Virus record (IMG/VR): IMGVR_UViG_3300045391_001310
Span: 1 to 45,642 of that record
Length of the DNA: 45,642 bases
Source of the DNA: a virus
Direction: 5' to 3' (one strand)
In this document: in pieces, positions 1 through 8,214 of the stretch
How the letters are laid out: each line of letters begins with the position of its first letter
Position numbering within the stretch: position 1 is the first letter of the stretch
Made by a program: the position numbers and the translations under genes
Notes under the pieces: model-generated
Seen by the model: only the letters and a program-made list of their open reading frames with translations
What the model was told of the DNA's origin: nothing
Databases searched by the model: none

Positions 1-50
1 CATCAAAAACTATTTTAGATTATGAGGATATAATTATTTCGACATCAACT
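1..50. repeat. Terminal direct repeat: bases 1-50 are identical to 45593-45642, indicating a circular or permuted contig overlap
   Basis: Character-by-character comparison of both ends gives the same string: catcaaaaactattttagattatgaggatataattatttcgacatcaact. Confidence 0.95.
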
Positions 51-500
51 CCGACGACATTTGTTTCTGGTACAAAAACATTTTATGATATTTTACATAT
101 AAGTAAATCAGACGATACAACAGGGAATATTGTTATAGCTAACTCAGCCTCAACAACTATTTCTCAACTTCCTCCAACGATAAGAACGGCTAGATATAAG
201 GTTATGAAATTAGGGTTAATTCCTGACGACGCATATTCTATGCGTGTACTTTATAAGAAGACAGTTAATAGATTGGTTAATGATAATGATTATCCTTTTA
301 TTTCGGCGGATGAATTTATAGTTACGCATTCTGTGGCTTATGGATTAATGCAAGAAAAAGAAACCGAAGGTCGTGCAGCTGCAATGTTTCAGAAAGCCTC
401 AGACGCTTTACAGGTTTTATTAAGAACACAGAATAATAGACTTGGGCCAGATTTTCAACATAAAATTACTAACGCATTTATGGATTCACACAGACGATGA
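1..500 (+). CDS. C-terminal part of the junction-spanning ORF that starts at 45136 (318 aa in total); putative head-tail adaptor / tail tubular A-like virion protein
   Basis: The frame with codons at 3, 6, ... is open from base 1. It is continuous with the frame of 45136..45642 across the 50-bp overlap. Its stop TGA (498-500) overlaps the ATG of the next gene. The function is guessed only from its position just upstream of the nozzle-like gene. Confidence 0.45.
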   Translation, partial: SKTILDYEDIIISTSTPTTFVSGTKTFYDILHISKSDDTTGNIVIANSASTTISQLPPTIRTARYKVMKLGLIPDDAYSMRVLYKKTVNRLVNDNDYPFISADEFIVTHSVAYGLMQEKETEGRAAAMFQKASDALQVLLRTQNNRLGPDFQHKITNAFMDSHRR

Positions 501-2101
501 AGAAATTATTAATTATAGCTTTATTATTATTTAGTTCTAAAGCATACGCTCAAGAGGCTTTACAAAAAATAAGAATAAGTGATTTCTCTGGAGGTATGTA
601 TAGCAACGCTCTTCCCGATGTTATAGAGCCTAAATATGGGGCTTCTATGTCGAATGTTGTCTTGAGTAAGCCAGGACAACTTTCTAAAAGAAAAGGACAG
701 ACTTTATTTAATGTAGATACTGGAAGTACTCCTCATGTTGGTGTTGGTAGATTTGATCCAGACGCAAATACTTCTTATTTAGTTATTGCCTCTGGCACAT
801 CAGTCGCAAGATCACAGTCTAATGGATATATTTGGACTTTAGCTAATCCAGCAAGTCCTTTAACATCTGGGCAGAATACAGAGTTTGTTCAAGCTAATGA
901 TTTGCTTTTTGTATTAAATGGTTTTGATAATACATCTTGGTATAACGGTTCTCAATGGTTTCAAAGCACAACCTACCCAACATCCCCACCAGTAGCCACA
1001 ACAGGGGCTTGGTTAAATAATTATCTTCTTCTTGGTGGTGGGACTACCGAGAAAGATTGGTTATATATTTCAAATAACCTTGACCCTCTTACCTTTGATG
1101 CCGATGATATTATTAAGATTAATACAGGTGATGGCCAAAAAATACAGAAGATTGTTCCTTTCAAATTGAATGAAGTTGTTGTTTATAAAGAAAGAAGCGT
1201 ATTCATTGTAGATACCACTGGCGACCCCCCTTCAATATGTACGACAAATTGCTGGACAGTACAACCAGTTTCTAATTCTATTGGGACTATTGCTCCAAGA
1301 TCGGTAGTTAACTTAGGTAATGACCATTGGTTTTTATCTAGCGAGCCTATTGCTATTAGAAGCTTAGTGCGTTCTCAATTTGATAAGATTTTCGTAGAAA
1401 TGATTTCTGCTCCTATACAAGATATATTTGACAATACTGGCCCAATAGCCATTAATCGTACATATATATCTAAAGCTGCAGCTACAATATTTGGTAATAA
1501 ATATTTCTTAGCTATCCCAACAGGAACATCTACTGTTAATAATACTGTATTAGTATATGACTTTATTACTAAAGGTTGGTCTATTATTAGCGGATGGTAT
1601 CCTGCTGATTGGGTTGTTTTTGATGGTAGGCTATTTTATATTGATGCTACAGATGGGCGAGTATTAGAATGTCTTACAGGTAATATATCAGATTTTGGAA
1701 TTGGCCCAAGCTCTATAACTTCTCCAGCAACACCGATAGAGTTTGATTATATTACTAAGTCTATTGATTTCGATAATCCAGAAAATTTTAAAGAATTAGA
1801 TTCTATTGAGGTTGAATTTCAACCTACAGGAAGTTTCTCAGCAATAGTTTCTACAAATTTAGATGGCGGTGGATGGGCTTCCATTGGTTCTGTAAGTTTA
1901 GCTGCAAATTCTTTAACATTGCCAACAACATTGCCATCTTCTTTAGGTGACAGTGGTGTCGCTAGAAAAACATATCAATTAACAAGTAAAGGTTCTTTTA
2001 AAAAAATTCAAATAAGAGTTAACCAGAATGAGGCAGATCATCAAGCAATATTACAACGGATTACTGTATTCGCTCGTGTACGTCCCTGGAGGAGAGAATA
2101 A
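497..2101 (+). CDS. Tail nozzle / tubular protein B-like virion protein with an N-terminal Sec-type signal peptide
   Basis: ATGA overlap with the upstream ORF. The N-terminus is MKKLLIIALLLFSSKAYA|QE. It is followed by IRISDFSGGMYSN...N.....G.LSKRKG, which resembles the N-terminal signature of T7 gp12 as I recall it. The 534-aa size and gene order also fit. Confidence 0.5.
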   Translation: MKKLLIIALLLFSSKAYAQEALQKIRISDFSGGMYSNALPDVIEPKYGASMSNVVLSKPGQLSKRKGQTLFNVDTGSTPHVGVGRFDPDANTSYLVIASGTSVARSQSNGYIWTLANPASPLTSGQNTEFVQANDLLFVLNGFDNTSWYNGSQWFQSTTYPTSPPVATTGAWLNNYLLLGGGTTEKDWLYISNNLDPLTFDADDIIKINTGDGQKIQKIVPFKLNEVVVYKERSVFIVDTTGDPPSICTTNCWTVQPVSNSIGTIAPRSVVNLGNDHWFLSSEPIAIRSLVRSQFDKIFVEMISAPIQDIFDNTGPIAINRTYISKAAATIFGNKYFLAIPTGTSTVNNTVLVYDFITKGWSIISGWYPADWVVFDGRLFYIDATDGRVLECLTGNISDFGIGPSSITSPATPIEFDYITKSIDFDNPENFKELDSIEVEFQPTGSFSAIVSTNLDGGGWASIGSVSLAANSLTLPTTLPSSLGDSGVARKTYQLTSKGSFKKIQIRVNQNEADHQAILQRITVFARVRPWRRE

Positions 2102-3366
2102 TGTTTAAAAAGTTTTATTTATCTTTAATTTTATTGTTTTTAACCCATAACGCCTGGGCTTTACACGCCGAGACTTATTTATTATACGGCGATACATCTA
2201 CTTTAACAGCACAGAATTTGAATGGTAATTTTAACAATATTAGAAATGTTTTAAATGGTGGTCTTGATAATACAAATGCTGATACAGCAAGAGGTTTTAG
2301 ATTTATAGAAATTGTTAGTTCTCTACCAGCAGCAGGAAATCAAGGTCGAACAGTATTTTTAACAGCAGATAACACTTTATATTTTGATACTGGATCTGCT
2401 TGGATTCCTGTTGTAACTATAAGTACAGCTGGGGTTCAAGGTGATATGATTTACCATAATGGAACTAATTGGACAGTTTTACATAAAGATACAAATGCTA
2501 CTAGATATGTAGCTAATACAGGAACAAGTAATAATCCACAATGGGATAAAGTAGATATTGTTCAGGGTGGAAAATGGTTAGGTCAAACAGCAGGGGATAT
2601 AATTTTCGCAAGTTCATCTTCTGTTGTTTCAAGACTTCCTATTGGACAAGAAAATCAAGCATTAATTGTAAGCTCTAGCGGTTTGCCATCTTGGGGGTTT
2701 GCTTCTACAGCTACAGTTTATTCTACAGCAGGAACATATTCATTTACACCACAAACAGGAATAGATAAGGTTTATGTGACTATGTGTGGTGGTGGTGGCG
2801 GTGGAGGTAGTGGAGAACCTAATAATGGCGGTGGTGGTGGAGGTGGTGCAGCTTCTCTTATTAAACATGAGCTTAAAGTTGCAACAGCTTCTTCTTATAC
2901 CGTAGTTGTTGGAGCAGGTGGGGCAGGTGGAGTTGGTGGCCCACATACAAATGGGTCTAATGGTGGTTCGAGTAGTTTTGCAGGAACAACATCCCCATCA
3001 TCTTATACGATAACGACTAATGGTGGTAGCGGTGGTGTTAGCGGATTTGGTTCTGGTGATGGTGGAGCTGGCGGAACTGGAAATACAAGTCTAGCTGGGG
3101 TTGGTAGAGCTGCTGGAGTCGCTTATGTTTATGCAGGTGGTGCTGGTGGAAATTATGGGGGTGGAGCAGGTGGAAGTGGAACTACACAAGAAGGTGGAGG
3201 CGGTGGGGCTTCTTATTTAGTTGCTGCAGGAGGGGTTGGTAGTACAGGAACAGGAACTCCAGCGTCTCCAGGGTTTTGTTCTGGCGGTGGTGGCGGTGGT
3301 GGTTCAGATGGATCTTCTGGTGCAGCTGGAGGAAGTGGATTAGTAATAATTGAATATTATAAATAA
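2101..3366 (+). CDS. Tail fibre-like protein with a C-terminal glycine-rich domain and an N-terminal signal peptide
   Basis: TAATG overlap with the upstream gene. The N-terminus is MFKKFYLSLILLFLTHNAWA. It has GD(M/I)IY..G..W..L-type fibre repeats. The last ~200 aa are dominated by GGGGGG / GAGGAGG runs and end in GLVIIEYYK. Confidence 0.55.
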   Translation: MFKKFYLSLILLFLTHNAWALHAETYLLYGDTSTLTAQNLNGNFNNIRNVLNGGLDNTNADTARGFRFIEIVSSLPAAGNQGRTVFLTADNTLYFDTGSAWIPVVTISTAGVQGDMIYHNGTNWTVLHKDTNATRYVANTGTSNNPQWDKVDIVQGGKWLGQTAGDIIFASSSSVVSRLPIGQENQALIVSSSGLPSWGFASTATVYSTAGTYSFTPQTGIDKVYVTMCGGGGGGGSGEPNNGGGGGGGAASLIKHELKVATASSYTVVVGAGGAGGVGGPHTNGSNGGSSSFAGTTSPSSYTITTNGGSGGVSGFGSGDGGAGGTGNTSLAGVGRAAGVAYVYAGGAGGNYGGGAGGSGTTQEGGGGGASYLVAAGGVGSTGTGTPASPGFCSGGGGGGGSDGSSGAAGGSGLVIIEYYK

Positions 3367-3367
3367 T

Positions 3368-3859
3368 ATGATTGAATTAAGAAAACTAACAAAAGAAGAA
3401 ATTAATCAAATAATTATTGAAGCAGAATCTACTGAAACAAAGTTCTTATTAGATTTCTGTAATAAAGAAAAAATACATCCATATGATTTTATTGATAGTT
3501 GTTCTATAAAAAACACTGGATTAGTTATAGATAGTAGGCCAGTTTATTTTGCTTCTTTAATTGAAAATACGCTTGGTCAAATAGAGCTTTGGACGGTTGT
3601 TAATAGTAATGTAAAAGAAAAATTAACTGTTTCAAAATATTCTAAGAAAGTATTAAATGAATGGTTAAAAGAAATTGAAGAAATTTATGCAACTATGGGT
3701 AAGCATGATGAAACAAATATGAAATGGGTAGAATGGTTAAATTTTAAAAAAATAGGCGAAGATGCCAATTATATAACGTATTTAATTAAAGGAGAATTAA
3801 ATGGGCTGCGGAAGCAAAACACCATCTTACACCCCACCACCAGCACCAGCGCCGATTAA
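3368..3859 (+). CDS. Hypothetical virion-module protein (weak GNAT-like C-terminus)
   Basis: The ATG at 3368 lies just after the upstream stop; the track start at 3350 is a TTG. The C-terminal ...MKWVEWLNFKKIGEDANYITYLIKGE resembles the end of a GNAT fold, but weakly. Confidence 0.4.
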   Translation: MIELRKLTKEEINQIIIEAESTETKFLLDFCNKEKIHPYDFIDSCSIKNTGLVIDSRPVYFASLIENTLGQIELWTVVNSNVKEKLTVSKYSKKVLNEWLKEIEEIYATMGKHDETNMKWVEWLNFKKIGEDANYITYLIKGELNGLRKQNTILHPTTSTSAD

Positions 3860-4649
3860 TTATCAGCAGGATATTTTAAATCCTACTATTTCGGCTTATC
3901 AAACTAATACGCCTCAAGCGTTTGGAGCTAGAGAGGGTGCATTAAGCACATTGTCTAATCCACAATCAACAATGGATTATTATAATGCTTTTCAACCTAC
4001 TTCTTTTGAGCAGGCATTAGGTAATCAATATTTCCAAAATATTTATCCTGATGTACAAAAACAAATAGCTGGGAGGTTATCTTCGGCAGGGATAGCTTCA
4101 TCTCCGATTCTAGCTAGATTAAGCGGTAAGGCTTACGGAGATTTAGGAGTACAAATAGGGCAATATTTAAGTAATCAAGCTAACGATAGAGCTACAGGCT
4201 CTTTAAATGCCAGATTAGGAGTTAACCCATGGTCTGATATTAGTCCAATGGCAAATCAAGGATTACAAAATGCACAATGGAATCAACAACAACAAGCTCA
4301 ATATGCTCAACAACAAGCTATGGCACAATACCAGCAACAAATGAATTCATATAATCAGAGCGCAGGAATAAAGAGTTTATTGGGTACTGGTTTGGGTGCA
4401 GGATTAGGAGCTTTATTTGCTTTACCGACTGGTGGCTTATCTTTAGCTGCTGGAGCTGGGTTAGGGTCAAGTATTGGTGGAGCAGGAGCACAATTATTTG
4501 GTGGTGGACAAGCTCCTATTAGTTTAGGCCAAGGACTAGGTATAGCAAATATGTTTCAACCAGGCGGTCTATCTTCATTAGGTAGTCCACAAAATGTATT
4601 TAGCTATGGGAATCCTTATTCGTTTGCACAAGCACCATATACAAAATAG
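3801..4649 (+). CDS. Internal virion / ejection protein candidate (Pro-rich N-terminus, Q-rich middle, Gly/Ala-rich hydrophobic C-terminus)
   Basis: A GGAG sits 6 nt upstream of the ATG. Sequence features: MGCGSKTPSYTPPPAPAP; NAQWNQQQQAQYAQQQAMAQYQQQ; GLGAGLGALFALPTGGLSLAAGAGLG (glycine-zipper-like). It lies upstream of the SLT-containing protein. Confidence 0.4.
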   Translation: MGCGSKTPSYTPPPAPAPINYQQDILNPTISAYQTNTPQAFGAREGALSTLSNPQSTMDYYNAFQPTSFEQALGNQYFQNIYPDVQKQIAGRLSSAGIASSPILARLSGKAYGDLGVQIGQYLSNQANDRATGSLNARLGVNPWSDISPMANQGLQNAQWNQQQQAQYAQQQAMAQYQQQMNSYNQSAGIKSLLGTGLGAGLGALFALPTGGLSLAAGAGLGSSIGGAGAQLFGGGQAPISLGQGLGIANMFQPGGLSSLGSPQNVFSYGNPYSFAQAPYTK

Positions 4650-4658
4650 GAGAATAAA

Positions 4659-5852
4659 ATGGCAGGGCAAGATATATTTGGATTTCCACAAGTAACAACT
4701 GGAATTGAACATTTAAACAATAATATAGGAACTGTTGGAGATTATTTTGGTCAACAGGTTGCTCAACAACAAGCTATTAAACAAGCCATTGCATTAGAAA
4801 AAGCTAAACAAGATTTAGAACTACAGCTTAATGCTAGAAGAATGCAACAATTTGGGCAATTCTTTTCTCCACAGACTGCTATGGGGAATGGATTTGGAGA
4901 TACAAATGCTCAACCTATACAACAATTTGGTTCTGTTCCAGCTCAAGAATCTTCTTATCAAAAAATGAATAGAGGTGTCCAAGAAAAGTTTGGGCAAGGA
5001 TTTCAATTTAATCCTAATGCTATGTTTGGGGATAAAGAAGTTATACAAAAAAATACTAATCCTGCTAATGATATAAGTAATCAAACTCCAGAGGAAGTTA
5101 GGTCTAATTTACAACAAACAAATCCTTCATACTTAAATTATCTTGATAAAGTAGGTACTGGAGAAATTCAAATAGGTGGGAGATCAACTAAACAACAACA
5201 AAAAATATTGCAAGATGTTGCTTATATTAATCCAGGATTAGACCAAAGCAAAATCCAAGCTAGATATAAAACAAGAAATGATTTTACTAGCGGTAAAGAA
5301 TCTTTACAAATTAAATCATTAAATACAGCTGTGAATCACCTTGGAGAATTAAATGATTTAATTCCTAAATTAAGTAATACAAATATGCAATTTATAAATG
5401 CTCCTAAAAATTTTACTGCTAAACAATTTGGCGATCCTGCTATAACTAGATTTGAAACAGTCAAAAACGCTTTAGCTGGAGAATTAGCAACAATATTTAA
5501 AAATACTGGTGGGACGGATACTGAAATTAAAAATATTGGAGCAACAATAGATGCTTCTGGTTCTCCAGAACAATTAAAAGGGAATATTCAGCAAGCAGTT
5601 AATTTAATGTATGGTCGTTTAAATGCTATTCAAGATAAATGGAAAAATAGTTTTGACCAACCAAATGACCCAGAGTTTCCTATAATTTCAGATAGGTCTA
5701 AAAATATTATTGCAGGATTAGGATTAAATGAAAACTCTGGACAAGTTCAAAATAATTCTCAACAAAATTATTTGCAAGAAGGACAAACAGCTACTAATCC
5801 AACAACAGGTAAAAAGATAATTTATAAAGGTGGACAATGGCAAGCTCTGTAA
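4659..5852 (+). CDS. Internal virion / ejection protein candidate
   Basis: A TAGGAG Shine-Dalgarno precedes it. It is a 397-aa Q/N-rich protein sitting between two ejection-type genes. There is no catalytic motif. Confidence 0.4.
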   Translation: MAGQDIFGFPQVTTGIEHLNNNIGTVGDYFGQQVAQQQAIKQAIALEKAKQDLELQLNARRMQQFGQFFSPQTAMGNGFGDTNAQPIQQFGSVPAQESSYQKMNRGVQEKFGQGFQFNPNAMFGDKEVIQKNTNPANDISNQTPEEVRSNLQQTNPSYLNYLDKVGTGEIQIGGRSTKQQQKILQDVAYINPGLDQSKIQARYKTRNDFTSGKESLQIKSLNTAVNHLGELNDLIPKLSNTNMQFINAPKNFTAKQFGDPAITRFETVKNALAGELATIFKNTGGTDTEIKNIGATIDASGSPEQLKGNIQQAVNLMYGRLNAIQDKWKNSFDQPNDPEFPIISDRSKNIIAGLGLNENSGQVQNNSQQNYLQEGQTATNPTTGKKIIYKGGQWQAL

Positions 5853-7930
5853 ATTTACCAGATGGTTTTGTATTAGATAACCAACCAAAAGGAAATAATA
5901 TACCTGATGGTTTTGTACTAGACAATAATCAAAAACCAAGTTTAATTCAAGACGCCTTTACTCCGATTAGTAAATTAATAACTGGAAAATCCGTTGGAGA
6001 AAGAACTGATTTTTTAAATAAAAGAGGGAATCAGAACGTTGCTTTATCCGATTTAAATACGCAGAGAGATTTACAGAAACAATCTGCAAGCGGAAAACTT
6101 CCTATAACTACTCCTAAAACACCTGGTCAATTTGGAATGTTTATGAATCAATTACCAAGCGCTACTGCTCAAGCTGTAACTAATATGGCAGATTTAACAC
6201 CATTCGACGTAGCGACTGCTGGCGCAACAAAAGGACTAGCAAACACTGGTTTTGGTAAATTTTTTGGTAATGTTATAACTAAAGATTTAACTCCTGGATT
6301 TGCAAAACCAATCGAAGATAAAATATTTGATTTATATAATTCTGCTATAGGAACAAAGATTAAAAATCCTGGCGATTTAAAGAACATAAAATCATCTAGG
6401 GTAAATGTTGTTAAAACAATATCTGAAAATTTACCAGAAATAAAACTTCCTAATCCTGACACTGGAGTTTTGGAATCAAGAGCACCACAAAATAGGTCAG
6501 AAAATTTAGATGCTTACCAACAAGCAAAACAATTAATTTGGAAAAAAGCAACCGATCTATCTCAAGGGGCAACAGAATCTGGAGCACAGATAAATTTATC
6601 AAAATTAGTGGATAGTGCGTTATTGGACGCAAAAAAAAATATTGGGGAAGTAGCGTTAGAAACAGACAAAAATTTGGCCGTATCATTGGAAAAAGAAGCA
6701 AACGATATAAAATCTTTTGGAAGTATTAACCCTAGCCAAGCACAAGATTATTTAAAATCTCTTAATGATAAAATCAAAGTTCTATATAAAAGCAATGTTC
6801 CAGTTGATTATTCTGTAAAAGATTTATTAAGTAATTTAAGATTTAAACTTGCAAACGAGACAGATAATGTTATTGAAAGTACTTTAAATAAATCCGGATA
6901 CAAAGATTTAAGAAAACAATATGCGGATTTGAGGGGTTCTCAAAATGAGATATTAGGTTCAGCTAATAAATATTTAAGACAGGCTGGCGGACAATCAGGT
7001 ACTCACCCTATTGTTGATTTATGGTCATTAGAAGAATTAATGCAAAGCGGTGGTCATTTATTAACTGGTAATCCTTTAGCTGCTGCTGGAAACTTAGGAA
7101 GGGCTGCTGCAATTAAAGCTTCTAGCAAATTACTAGATTTTATGAGAAGTCCAGATAAAAAGATTTCTCAAATGTATGAGTTAGCACAGAAATATGTTAG
7201 ACCAACATCTTCTGTTGTTCACACACCTGAAATATTAAATACTCGACAATCTCCTCAACAAATATTAGGAATCCCAGAACGTAAATTTGGGGCGTTGCCA
7301 TCACCAAAAGATGTCCCATATAATCCTAGTGGTCAAAGAGTTCCTGGTGGTAAACCTATTATCACTCCAAGCGCTGAACAGAATCCTGTTATCCCAGGTG
7401 AAAATCCAATTAAGAAATTAGATTATAAAACTATTATCACTCCACCGCCAACTAAAGAAATCAAGGGTGGAATGACTAAATCAAGTGAAAGAAAATTTGG
7501 AGAAATTTCTACTCCTAAAGTATTAGGTGCTGGTGCAGTTGGAGTTGGATTATCTTCTCAAGCCAATGCTAATGAAAATATTGATATGAATAAAATATTC
7601 AATATTGAAAGTTCAATGAATCCTAAAGCAGAGAATAAGAAATCTGGGGCTATTGGGTTGGGGCAAATTACACCTGTTGTCTTAAAAGAATGGAATAATA
7701 TTAATAAAGAAAAATATAGTAAAAATGATCTTTATGATCCAAAAGTAAATTCTAAAATCAGTGATTGGTACATAAATAAACGTATTCCTGAGATGTTAAA
7801 TTATTATAAAATTCCAGACAATACTAAAAATAGATTAATCGCTTATAATGCAGGAATTTCTTATTTAATTAAGAATAAAAAACTTCCTCAAGAAACGATT
7901 AATTATATTAAAAAATACGAGAAGAAATAA
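5837..7930 (+). CDS. Internal virion protein with a C-terminal lytic transglycosylase (SLT) domain
   Basis: The C-terminus reads NIESSMNPKAENKKSGAIGLGQITPVVLKEW...YDPKVN...AYNAG. This matches the classic E-S / GLxQ / AYNxG SLT pattern. The central region is Pro-rich. Confidence 0.8.
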   Translation: MASSVNLPDGFVLDNQPKGNNIPDGFVLDNNQKPSLIQDAFTPISKLITGKSVGERTDFLNKRGNQNVALSDLNTQRDLQKQSASGKLPITTPKTPGQFGMFMNQLPSATAQAVTNMADLTPFDVATAGATKGLANTGFGKFFGNVITKDLTPGFAKPIEDKIFDLYNSAIGTKIKNPGDLKNIKSSRVNVVKTISENLPEIKLPNPDTGVLESRAPQNRSENLDAYQQAKQLIWKKATDLSQGATESGAQINLSKLVDSALLDAKKNIGEVALETDKNLAVSLEKEANDIKSFGSINPSQAQDYLKSLNDKIKVLYKSNVPVDYSVKDLLSNLRFKLANETDNVIESTLNKSGYKDLRKQYADLRGSQNEILGSANKYLRQAGGQSGTHPIVDLWSLEELMQSGGHLLTGNPLAAAGNLGRAAAIKASSKLLDFMRSPDKKISQMYELAQKYVRPTSSVVHTPEILNTRQSPQQILGIPERKFGALPSPKDVPYNPSGQRVPGGKPIITPSAEQNPVIPGENPIKKLDYKTIITPPPTKEIKGGMTKSSERKFGEISTPKVLGAGAVGVGLSSQANANENIDMNKIFNIESSMNPKAENKKSGAIGLGQITPVVLKEWNNINKEKYSKNDLYDPKVNSKISDWYINKRIPEMLNYYKIPDNTKNRLIAYNAGISYLIKNKKLPQETINYIKKYEKK

Positions 7931-8214
7931 TGGCATTAGACTACGTCGGTAGAGCCCCAATTATAATTAATAAAACATTAACATTGGCTAATACTTGGTA
8001 TCAGGTAACTGCAGAGATTCGTGGCCCACGAAAATGGTTTTTAAAAGCACAGGAAGCGACCGACAATTCATTTGATTTGGCTTTTGCTGACGAACAGACT
8101 GAAATATTGACAAATTCTGGAATTGGATGGGCTTTTGATGGTTGTGAGATACCAAATATATGGTGTAGAAGCTCGACGGCTGGGACTGTTATAGAGCTTT
8201 GTTATTGGAACTAA
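7930..8214 (+). CDS. Hypothetical small protein
   Basis: A 94-aa ORF with TAATG coupling at both ends. Confidence 0.55.
   Translation: MALDYVGRAPIIINKTLTLANTWYQVTAEIRGPRKWFLKAQEATDNSFDLAFADEQTEILTNSGIGWAFDGCEIPNIWCRSSTAGTVIELCYWN

Noticed and set aside
2740-2946. Short antisense or off-frame track ORFs. Examples: 2740..2946, 4821..5084, 5724..5939, 6169..6462, 6450..6701, 8935..9132, 10097..10348, 10562..10750, 11980..12270, 13432..13677, 15568..15783, 16865..17065, 17067..17321, 19916..20167, 21524..21820, 23296..23505, 27199..27411, 27531..27851, 29009..29254, 30152..30364, 32754..32936, 35056..35304, 37443..37679, 38202..38393, 38960..39157, 39808..40098, 40112..40399, 40562..40990.
   Set aside because: Each lies inside a longer, motif-bearing ORF. 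They have skewed shadow-frame composition and lack Shine-Dalgarno sites or coupling.
3801-3830. MGCGS N-terminus, considered as a lipoprotein signal.
   Set aside because: No hydrophobic signal segment precedes the Cys, so it does not fit a bacterial lipobox context.
8199-8213. TTG-initiated extensions proposed by the track here, and likewise at 3350, 24540, 31814 and 40617.
   Set aside because: In each case an ATG with a TAATG/ATGA coupling or a Shine-Dalgarno lies a few codons downstream and gives a more sensible N-terminus.
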